64,000 nt of DNA. Origin: Patescibacteria group bacterium. GTDB taxonomy: Bacteria > Patescibacteriota > Minisyncoccia > Phycocordibacterales > UBA918. Numbering within the stretch: position 1 is the first letter of the stretch; the number at the start of each line of letters is the position of its first letter. The translations under genes and the position numbers were made by a program. This document shows positions 8,967-17,100 of the stretch, one piece after another. The stretch covers positions 30,530-94,529 of the forward strand of contig JBBTRC010000005.1 in NCBI GenBank assembly GCA_038065355.1, written 5' to 3'. A model generated the notes under the pieces. It was not told where the DNA came from. It made no database searches and worked only from the letters and a program-made list of their open reading frames with translations.

Positions 8967-10190
8967 CTATTCATACCGAATCGCGTCCAGCGGATTGAGA
9001 GATCCGGCACGGCGAGCTGGGAAAATGCCGGTGAGGTAGCCAACGGCGGCGGAGAAAAGTGCGATAAAAAGAAGAAAATCAAGCGGGAACGAAAACAGTG
9101 CCACCGCTTGACCGCCAAATTGACTGGCCAAGACGTTAAGAAAAAGGTTCACCGTCACCCCTAAGGTGACGCCGAGCACAATGCCGCTTAGCCCGCCAAG
9201 AAAACCAACAACGATCGACTCGGAAACGAACAAATTTTTTACATCGTTCGGTGACGCGCCGATGGTGCGCATGATGCCGATTTCTTTGGTACGTTCGAGC
9301 AGTGTCACCGTCATGGTGTTAAACATGCCAATCGCGGACACAACGAGCGCAATGCCACCAAACGTGGCGAGTACCACTTGTATTCCTTGAAAAATCTTGG
9401 AGGCCTGTTCGACGGTCTTTGACAACGCGGTAACGCGGTACCCCTTCTCAATCAGCCAATCTTCAACTGTTGCTAAATTTTCATTCGAATCAACGCGCAC
9501 TTGGATGCGCTCAAATTCTTCTATACCGACGTAATTGCGAAGTTCTGGTAGCATCATCATCACATTGAGTACACCTTCTTCTTTAGTAATGCCGCGTACG
9601 GTGTATTCTTTGTCGATCACAATTTCGTTCACAGCGTCGGTCCCGTCATCGGCCGGCACAAGGAGTCGAAACGACACTTTTTGTCCAATGAACGCATCCA
9701 TTTCTTCGTCAGTAATTCCGAACAATTTTAAAATTGCTGGAGACAGCATAACTGAATTCACATCCCCCGCGTCAGCGTCGGTGAACACCTCTCCGGCGAT
9801 AGCAGTCACGCCGGCGTAGCGAAGATACGGCGGTTCGACTCCCTGCACAAAGACGTTTCCAGTGAGACCCTTGTAGGTGACAAGCGCAGGAAAGCGCGCC
9901 AAGGGTGCCGCATCGAGTACCGCTTCGTTGTTTTCAAATTCGGTAATGGTTTCTGGAGTAAGTCGCAGACCTTGCGCGCCGGTTGAGGAAACGCCGAGTG
10001 AAAGCAGAGTCTCTCCAAAGACAATCTGCTCAAGAATAATTTTTTGCAGGCCGAACCCGAGCCCCACCAAGACAACGACCGCACCGGTGCCGACACCCAT
10101 ACCCAAAATCGTCAACCACGTACGCATCGGGTTGGTTTTGAACATACGCGTCGAAAGCTGTGCCAAGTCTTGCACTCTCACACCAACCAT
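8967..10190 (-). CDS. ABC transporter permease, MacB/FtsX family: N-terminal TM, large extracytoplasmic domain, C-terminal FtsX-type three-TM bundle.
   Basis: 407-aa ORF. Topology and C-terminal region (LATFGGIALVVSAIGMFNTMTVTLLERTKEIGIMRTIGASPNDV) are typical of MacB/LolE-type permeases. Confidence 0.8.
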   Translation of the reverse strand: MVGVRVQDLAQLSTRMFKTNPMRTWLTILGMGVGTGAVVVLVGLGFGLQKIILEQIVFGETLLSLGVSSTGAQGLRLTPETITEFENNEAVLDAAPLARFPALVTYKGLTGNVFVQGVEPPYLRYAGVTAIAGEVFTDADAGDVNSVMLSPAILKLFGITDEEMDAFIGQKVSFRLLVPADDGTDAVNEIVIDKEYTVRGITKEEGVLNVMMMLPELRNYVGIEEFERIQVRVDSNENLATVEDWLIEKGYRVTALSKTVEQASKIFQGIQVVLATFGGIALVVSAIGMFNTMTVTLLERTKEIGIMRTIGASPNDVKNLFVSESIVVGFLGGLSGIVLGVTLGVTVNLFLNVLASQFGGQAVALFSFPLDFLLFIALFSAAVGYLTGIFPARRAGSLNPLDAIRYE

Positions 10191-10210
10191 TATGGCACAT
10201 GCACGATACC

Positions 10211-11533
10211 TTAACTCTTGTAACTCACATCAACTCCCTGTGCGATTACTTTCTCGAAGTAGCGCGTGATATCGTCTGCCTCTTTCTCATCGAGGCCAAG
10301 ACCGCCCGCCCGTACCCCCTTCATCAATCGTTCATTAAATTCTTCATCCTCAATCACACCGGTCACCCGATCAGCAATCAGCTCGGTAAGATTTTCATCC
10401 TGCTCTTTGTTGAGCTTTACTCGGTGTTGTTGGATCAAGTGTTCGCGTAGTCGTTCTGACAATTTGTGCTGACTAAAAAAGATACCGTCGTTGTCTTTGC
10501 GCGCTCTGAATCGCTTGATATCAAGTGCATTCTCCATCATACGACCGGCGATGGTAGCCATTTTGCGCGCTTCTGCCTCCGGCACCTCGACGCCGCCTTT
10601 TTCTAAAGGCAAGACGAGACTTTTTATGTAAGCGTCGCGGTCGATTTTTCCTTTGATAAACATACCCGAAGCGCGCTCCAGCCGGATCAGCTGGTCGAAA
10701 GTGTAGTCTTGCGTCAAATAGTTGACTAAGCTCTTCACTCGGAGCGTGTCCACTGAGTCGTAGGGGTACAGTCGAGCCAGTTGTTCGAGCTCGGTGACGA
10801 TCGTCTCACCTTCCTGCACTGGCTTGATTTGCTTGCGCTGTGGGTTGACGACTTCACGAACGATGAGGCCGTCCTTGAGGTAGTAGACTCGGTGCGCATA
10901 GCTCAAGTGAGCGGCGTTGTGTGACACCATAATGATAGTACGGCGATCGAAGGTGTTGATTTCATCAATTTTATCCATCACTTGCTGTGTCGAAACAGAG
11001 TCAAGGTTGCCAGTTGGTTCGTCTGCGAGAAGAATCTTGGGGTCGTTTACCATCGAACGCGCCACCGACACGCGTTGTTGTTGACCGCCGGAGAGCATAG
11101 CGGGGATTTTATGCGAAACATGCCCCACGCCAAAACGATCGAGAAGCATCTGGGCGCGACGTTCTCTGGTAGTTTTGTCTACGTCGCAAAAAATCATCGG
11201 TAGCGCTACGTTGTCGAGCACCGAGAGCGATTGAATCAGGTTGAATGACTGAAAAATAATTCCCATCACGAAGCGCTGGAAATACACACGCTCGGCCGGC
11301 GGGTACGAATAGATATCGTCACCACGAATGAGGAGCGTGCCCTCGCCAGGCGGAAGTGAGCCTTGAATGGAATACATGAGGGTCGACTTGCCCGAGCCTG
11401 ATGCGCCGAAAAGAATGATGTACTCACCCTCAAAAATATCAGTGTTCACGCCCGTGAGCGCTTTAAATTCGTTCGACTTCCCCTTATTGTAGATAATCGA
11501 AAGATCCCGACAGACGATAAGCGGCTTGGCCAT
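10211..11533 (-). CDS. ABC transporter ATP-binding protein, MacB/LolD-like, with an unusual ~200-aa C-terminal extension of unknown function.
   Basis: Walker A GASGSGKST, ABC signature LSGGQQQRVSVARS and Walker B ILLADEPTGNLD, all within residues ~20-240. Residues ~240-440 carry no recognisable motif. Confidence 0.85.
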   Translation of the reverse strand: MAKPLIVCRDLSIIYNKGKSNEFKALTGVNTDIFEGEYIILFGASGSGKSTLMYSIQGSLPPGEGTLLIRGDDIYSYPPAERVYFQRFVMGIIFQSFNLIQSLSVLDNVALPMIFCDVDKTTRERRAQMLLDRFGVGHVSHKIPAMLSGGQQQRVSVARSMVNDPKILLADEPTGNLDSVSTQQVMDKIDEINTFDRRTIIMVSHNAAHLSYAHRVYYLKDGLIVREVVNPQRKQIKPVQEGETIVTELEQLARLYPYDSVDTLRVKSLVNYLTQDYTFDQLIRLERASGMFIKGKIDRDAYIKSLVLPLEKGGVEVPEAEARKMATIAGRMMENALDIKRFRARKDNDGIFFSQHKLSERLREHLIQQHRVKLNKEQDENLTELIADRVTGVIEDEEFNERLMKGVRAGGLGLDEKEADDITRYFEKVIAQGVDVSYKS

Positions 11534-11554
11534 TAAATGATGAAATGAGTGTAA

Positions 11555-11607
11555 CGATTATTCAGAATTTACTTCCCAATTCGCCGCCCCTAGGGCGAAT
11601 TGCTGGA
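11555..11607. promoter_or_regulatory. Copy 1 of a ~53-nt conserved non-coding element (CGATTATTCWGAATTTACKTCCCAAT - variable hairpin - ATTGCTGGA), in the leader region of the ABC operon.
   Basis: Near-identical flanks to the copy at 12518..12571. Hairpin AATTCGCC-GCCCCTAG-GGCGAATT. Confidence 0.35.
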
Positions 11608-11654
11608 GGCACTGCCACCGGGTCAATACTTCGTTACTTATAAGTACCCCGTGG

Positions 11655-11683
11655 TATTTATATTATGGCATCAATTGTTGCAA
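11655..11683 (-). promoter_or_regulatory. Possible sigma70-type promoter (TTGCAA-N17-TAAATA on the minus strand) for the ABC operon, overlapping an imperfect palindrome CAATTGTTGCAAATTG.
   Basis: Read by eye; sits between the lipoprotein terminator and the ABC ATPase start. Confidence 0.3.
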
Positions 11684-11702
11684 ATTGATCGACACCTCAT
11701 CC

Positions 11703-11743
11703 ACAGAAAAGGCCGCCGCACGACATACGTCGAGGCGGCGGCC
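11703..11743 (-). terminator. Rho-independent terminator downstream of the lipoprotein gene: GC stem ggccgccgc...gcggcggcc followed by a U-tract on the minus strand.
   Basis: Inverted repeat 11711..11719 / 11735..11743 with ttttctgt following on the minus strand, 50-90 nt after the stop at 11793. Confidence 0.6.
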
Positions 11744-11792
11744 AAAATTCAAAAGCAATAAAGATCAGTTTCAGTTCAACTCCTCGCAAGCT

Positions 11793-12323
11793 CTAAGGAC
11801 GAACGGCGAGAAGACGTTCGTTGGGCCCCCAGCCAAGCTCCCACCGGCCGAGGTGGAGCCCCCAGACGCCGTTCCAGCCACCTAATACAAGCACGTGACG
11901 CTCACCGTTGAAAGTAGCGATACTGCCGAAACAAGCCAGCCAGTACGGTGGGGGACCGAGATCAAACTGGTAACGTGCTTTGGCAATAGTCGCGCCGTAG
12001 GCGATGCATTCGGACGTGTTGGCGGGGCGCAGTCCGTAAGCTTTGATTTCCGCGACCGCATTCTCCGAAGAAATACCGCGGTTGAAGGCGACCGTTACCA
12101 GCTGGGCTTCGTAATCGGCCGTAACGGACTCGACTTTGAAGTTGGACTGGATGTCGGAATCGACAAAATCGTAGTGCCCCGCGTCAATGCGAGCCGCAAG
12201 CGATTGGTTTGCTTCGACGACAACTGGTCGGTCGGAACTGATTGTGGTCGGCTTATCCGCCGAATCACAACCCGTGAGCGACAACGCGAACATGGCGAAA
12301 GCCACCAGAAAACGACTTTTCAT
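11793..12323 (-). CDS. Lipoprotein of unknown function; signal peptide with lipobox LTGC. Start assigned to MKSRF (12323), not the upstream MYGL (12350).
   Basis: Lipobox LSLTGCDS. AAGGAGG Shine-Dalgarno 8 nt upstream of the ATG at 12321..12323. Consensus-like promoter upstream. Confidence 0.65.
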   Translation of the reverse strand: MKSRFLVAFAMFALSLTGCDSADKPTTISSDRPVVVEANQSLAARIDAGHYDFVDSDIQSNFKVESVTADYEAQLVTVAFNRGISSENAVAEIKAYGLRPANTSECIAYGATIAKARYQFDLGPPPYWLACFGSIATFNGERHVLVLGGWNGVWGLHLGRWELGWGPNERLLAVRP

Positions 12324-12382
12324 GTGAATGGCCCTCCTTAGGCCGTACAATTCTTGGCAGGATTGCCCTACTTCTATCTTTC

Positions 12383-12410
12383 ATTATACACAATCTGTAT
12401 AAAAAGTCAA
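12383..12410 (-). promoter_or_regulatory. Near-consensus sigma70-type promoter TTGACT-N16-TATAAT driving the lipoprotein gene.
   Basis: Minus-strand reading ttgactttttatacagattgtgtataat, about 55 nt upstream of the RBS/ATG. Confidence 0.55.
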
Positions 12411-12462
12411 GGTTTCGTGCCAGCCCTCTTTCTTCTTGTATTACCGTTGTACTACGAGCGAC

Positions 12463-12495
12463 TTACCCAGCGATGTTTTTTACCCAGCCGAAGGT
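12463..12495 (-). other. Remnant second copy of the 3' end of the FN3-protein gene. Encodes TFGWVKNIAG-stop, differing from the genuine end (12594..12626) only at synonymous positions.
   Basis: Minus-strand translation of 12463..12495 is T F G W V K N I A G *. The real gene ends ...ESTFGWVKNIAG*. Five nucleotide differences are all third-position and synonymous. The frame upstream of the remnant is closed by a stop. Confidence 0.45.
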
Positions 12496-12517
12496 TAAAT
12501 GAAGAAAGGAGCGGCAG

Positions 12518-12571
12518 CGATTATTCTGAATTTACGTCCCAATCTGCTTTTTCCTAAAGCAGATTGCTGGA
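12518..12571. promoter_or_regulatory. Copy 2 of the ~53-nt conserved element, immediately downstream of the FN3-protein stop codon. Hairpin core differs from copy 1 but still pairs (AATCTGCTTT-TTCCT-AAAGCAGATT).
   Basis: Flanks CGATTATTCTGAATTTACGTCCCAAT and ATTGCTGGA match copy 1. Stems covary. Confidence 0.35.
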
Positions 12572-12593
12572 CGAGAAAGCTCCGAGAGCAGAC

Positions 12594-14099
12594 TTATCCG
12601 GCAATGTTCTTAACCCAGCCGAAGGTACTCTCAAAGTTCTCGATAATGAGGTCGATGATGTTTTTTTCTTGAATCGGCGTGAAGAGTACGAAGTTTTCCG
12701 ATTGGACGTCGTTACCGGCTTCGTCGGTACAGGTGAGGTAGAACTGATAGACCGTCGCCGGTGCAAAATCTACCACCACCTCGACGTGCCGCGTGTTGTA
12801 CTCTAATTGCTCTTTCTCAATGGTAAACGGTTCGGTACCGCCGGCGACACCTTCTTGGTAGGTCATGAGACAGTTGGCTGCTTCGTCAGTGTCCCACTCA
12901 ACAATCGTTTGTATGCGCGACTCTCCGCCTGGAAAAAGAGTTGATTCGTTGGTGACGTTGGTGATGATAGGCGCGGCAATGTCGCGAACGGTAATAAATT
13001 GTATCGGTTGGCTACGGATACGGTCGCCGCTTGAATTTTCGGCCGTCACAAAGGCAACGTAGCGGGTGCCGAGCGTAAGATCAGCGAGGCGCATCTGATG
13101 CGTGGTGGCGAGCGTCGGACGTCCGACCGAGCTTTCAGCGCCGGTCGTTTGGTCTTGGTACTCAACGAGCGCCTTCGCCGGCACGGTGGTGTCCCAGGCA
13201 AGCGTGGCGGCGTTTTCTTCTACCTTTACCACTCGCAGGTTGCGGATTTCCGGAGCCGATGCTTTGGTTTTAAATGTGTAGTTGCGGCTCTCGCCGGTAA
13301 TGCCAAAACCGTCGGTCGATTTTACCTTGAAGCTATATTCGGTGAACGCATCGAGTCCGATCAGTTGTATTTCATGATCGGTAGTATCGGCACCAGTTGA
13401 GACTTGTGAAAACGCGTAGCTTGAACCGTCAAAGCCGTTGGTTGGTGAAAAAACTACTTCAGAACTGGCTTCACGGTCGGTTGTCCATTTGATGGTGGCG
13501 GTGGTAGTCTCCGGTAGCACCGTCGGCGGACCAACAATGGTCAAATCCTCAGTAATACCTTGCACAGCTTTGATGGTTTCGTTAATAATTTCCTGCAACT
13601 TTTGAGGGTCGGTAATTTCTTTTATTTGTTCGACGATCTCCTCGGTTTTAATTTCTTCCGTGGTGGCTGTTTGACTGCTCTGTCCTTGTCCTTCCGCTTG
13701 GCCGCTTCCCTCACCTTCTCCGGTTTGCGGGGTGCCTGATGTCTGCACTTTGTAGTCGGCCGAAATGCCTTGATTCCCTTCTTCGTCGGCCGACACGACA
13801 CGGAAGTAGTAGACGCGACCGGGCTCCAAAGCACCGAGCGTAATCGAGTGTGAGGTGCGTTCTGCGACCGGTATGCGCACGATGCCGTAGTCTGGTTGCA
13901 AGCCGTAGTTCACTGATGAGTCGGCATCTTCGTCGGTGTCCCAGGTAATCGTCACGCTGGTTTCGCTGACTTCTTTCACTTCCACGTTGGAAATTTCCGG
14001 AGCTTCTTGATCGCTCGACTGCGCCAAGGTCAAAAGCGGCAACAAAAATAAGAGCGTAACGAGGCGGACTGTGATTGATAAGGACATTTTTTTAATCAT
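12594..14099 (-). CDS. Secreted protein with two fibronectin type III-like domains and a Gly/Glu/Gln-rich linker. Last gene of the giant-protein transcription unit.
   Basis: 501-aa ORF. Signal peptide. FN3-like hallmarks (APEISNVEVKEVSETSVTITWDTDE..., YYFRVVSADEEGN, second module with TEYSFKVKSTDGFG). Start lies 9 nt after the giant ORF stop. Confidence 0.75.
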   Translation of the reverse strand: MIKKMSLSITVRLVTLLFLLPLLTLAQSSDQEAPEISNVEVKEVSETSVTITWDTDEDADSSVNYGLQPDYGIVRIPVAERTSHSITLGALEPGRVYYFRVVSADEEGNQGISADYKVQTSGTPQTGEGEGSGQAEGQGQSSQTATTEEIKTEEIVEQIKEITDPQKLQEIINETIKAVQGITEDLTIVGPPTVLPETTTATIKWTTDREASSEVVFSPTNGFDGSSYAFSQVSTGADTTDHEIQLIGLDAFTEYSFKVKSTDGFGITGESRNYTFKTKASAPEIRNLRVVKVEENAATLAWDTTVPAKALVEYQDQTTGAESSVGRPTLATTHQMRLADLTLGTRYVAFVTAENSSGDRIRSQPIQFITVRDIAAPIITNVTNESTLFPGGESRIQTIVEWDTDEAANCLMTYQEGVAGGTEPFTIEKEQLEYNTRHVEVVVDFAPATVYQFYLTCTDEAGNDVQSENFVLFTPIQEKNIIDLIIENFESTFGWVKNIAG

Positions 14100-14108
14100 A
14101 CCATTGGC

Positions 14109-17100
14109 TTATGGGCCAACCGGCGTAAAGACGTTCTGACCTTGGTGCGGAGCGCTGTTGACGCCAAATGGAACAGCAATGCCCCAGTACACGGTGTCTG
14201 CAACCGGCGGCGTCGTGGTTGTTGGCTTAGACAGATCGACGTTGAGAACTACCGGGGTGGTACTAGAGAGCAAGTTACAGCTGGCACCACAGCCGGAATA
14301 CGTGAAGGTTGAAGTGGCAAACTTCTGCTTTGTCGACGGGATGGTGGAGCTGTAGCCGTCGGTCATGTCGGTACCTTCAACTTCGATATTTATTTCAACG
14401 TTACCTTGGTTTTCAATCGAGGTGGTGGCATTCACCGAGCCGGTGTCTTCCGTTACGGCGACCGAGCCGTAATCTATCGCGCCGTCAATATCAATCGCGC
14501 GCAGTGTATTGAGTTCTTGTCCAATGGATGTTCCAAAATCATAACCACCGCCGGTGTCTTCCACCTCAAGGAACGCAAACCACTCCTCGCCGTCGTAGGC
14601 ACTGCCAGTATCGGTTGGGTCGGCGTGGAAGTAAATATCAGCTTGGCAAGACACGGTGCAACTGTCGCCGGCGCAATCGGTAAATGTACAAGCCGAGCCA
14701 CCGACGCTGTAACAGTTGTTGTTATCGACAGCACAGCTTGCCCCTCCTACGACGCCGCCGCGGTAGAACGTACCGGTAGCGTGAGAGAGGTCAGTGTAGC
14801 CGTTGAGATCCGTTACGGTACCGGTCGCTACGACCGCTGTGGTGGTGCCAGGAAGCAAAGAGATCGCCTCGCCGTTGTTGAGAGTAATGCTGTCAACTAT
14901 CGGGTCAAAGCGAAGGGACATTTTTGCTACTTGCAAGTATGTATCATAGAACGTACCGTTGTCAGTGACGCGGAAACAGAGATTTTCATCAATCACATTG
15001 GATGTTGGCGTGATGACATATTCGAGTTCGGTGTATTCATTTTGGTCAACATCAATGGCACTCGTGGTATTGGAAGGATCTTCGCGCACCTCGCCGGCAG
15101 TGAAGGCGCCTTCGGCATTGACGAGAAGATCGGCAACGCTTGCGCTGTCTGTCACATTATTGGAAGTCTGCATACAGACAGCCGAAGTACCACAGCTGGC
15201 TTGTGGTGGCACCGGAGCGTAGTCTGCTTCATCGACGGCTTCGCAACTCGGCGCGGTATCCTGGGACGCAAATTCAAGCCGAAATTCTTGACCGCCAATT
15301 GCCAGTCCGCTGTTTTCAACGACTACACGTAGGCGCGCCGTGTCGGTCACACTGAAGGTCGCGGCGGTGTTTTGTGCTGCGGCGAAGGATGCTCCTCCAT
15401 CAGCCTGTTCGGCTCCAAAGAGTATGGTTGGTTCGGTCGCGAGGGTCGGTCGTGAGCTAAAGCTGTCAAAGCCTCCTTGATTAAACCAGTAAGTGAAACC
15501 GATACCGCCCGACGTGTACGAGCTGTCAGTCGCCGAGGTGGTCGCGACAAGTGAATGAGAAGCGTCGTAGAGTGATAGGAAGAGTGTATCGTCGGTACCC
15601 CAATCGAGTTCAAACTCATACCAACCGGTAGTGAAAGATACATCGGCGGTCGCGAGTGTGGCGCCAGATGATTCATTTTCAGTTACATCTTCCACGACTG
15701 CGATATGGTCAGTGCCAGGCAACTCAACACAGACCGCGTAGTTGTCGTTTGGCACGTTGGTACCTTGAACGGCAAATTTTGTACATGTCTCGTCGGAAGT
15801 GCCAGCCGTGTCGACGTACTGCCAAAAGCGAATTGTTTCTCCCTGACTGACGGTTTGACCAAATCTGTAAATACCGCCGAGATTCGCTCGACCAGTGGTG
15901 TTGCCGCTGTTGTCGAGACCATAGGTGCCGTCGTAGGCAAACGAGGTGCCTGTGTTGAAAAGACTTGTCTGTCCGCTGTATTCCGAAATATCATCATCTT
16001 CAAAGTCGTCGGCCGCTATAAACACGTCGGTGCTTGAACTGGTAGTGGTAGCGGTTGGGTTGTTGTAATACATGTAGACAGTTGCGGTTTCCTCGGCCGG
16101 TAGTGTCGCAACTTGTACCCACACTTCAGCGATCGTGCTCGCGGTCGTGGAGCCGATCCAGAACGGAAGAGTGGTAGTACCGCTCTCATCGGTAAAGCGA
16201 AGATCGCCAAAATCAGCTTGCATGTCGGAGTCATATTCCACGTACAATTGCACTGCAGCGTTGGTGTAGTTCGTGGCATCAGCGTTTACGACTCGCACTT
16301 GTTTCCGTGCGTTCCAGGCCGCGTCATACCACTCGCTGTCAGGCACTCCCAGTCCGCCGTCGTCATTCCGCCAACGGTAGCCTGTCTGCTGGGTGAGGAG
16401 ACAAGCACTGTCGCTCCAGCGCACCGACCCGCAGTCATCAACTCCGTCGACATCAAAGGCTTCACCGTCGAGGTTACCGGTATGGCTGACAAACGTCCAG
16501 GCGTTGCTGGTTGAACCAGTCATAGTGATGTTCGCTCCACTAATAGCAGTGGTGGTGGCGAAGCGGTTGCCGGTGTGGACCATCGACGCGTTGGCGTTTA
16601 GTGTCGTTGAGGAAAGCGTGAGCAAGGTGCCGCCGTCTACCGCGAGTTCAAAATCTCCGTATGAAAGAGAAGTAATGGCTGGAGTGCCGGATAGTGAAAG
16701 TCCGTTGGCACCAAGATTTCGAAAGATATAACGCTGTGCATTCAGCGTACCACCCGCCACATTGACACTGTAAGTACCACTGCCTTGATTGGTGATGGTG
16801 GTTTCATTTCCACTCTCGCCAACAACTGCCAACGAACCGCTCAAAAGTGTAGTTGTAGCATTCGCTTCGTGTTGCACTGTGACCACTCGCTCGCTACCAA
16901 GAAGACTCACACCATCGAAGTCGGTGGCATAGCTCCAATATTCAGAAGTGGTACCGATAGTGAAGTCGCCATAAATATTCAACGCTCCGTCGACCGCATT
17001 GTGATCTTGAGAGTAGAGCGAGGCGTTCGCCGCGACGGTTGAAGTCGCTCTCGAGTTCCACATGCGAATGTCACTGGCGGCACCGATAGTGAGGCCGTCG

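Noticed and set aside
12354-12557. 67-aa plus-strand ORF in the spacer upstream of the lipoprotein gene.
   Set aside because: It spans the minus-strand promoter, the gene-end remnant and the conserved hairpin element. It has no RBS, and the region is better explained as non-coding.
14406-15332. 308-aa plus-strand ORF, plus dozens of 60-240-aa ORFs on both strands between 14.1 and 30.7 kb.
   Set aside because: All lie inside the continuous 16.6 kb minus-strand giant ORF. They reflect its biased Gly/Thr/Ala codon composition (Arg/Val/Pro-rich shadow frames).
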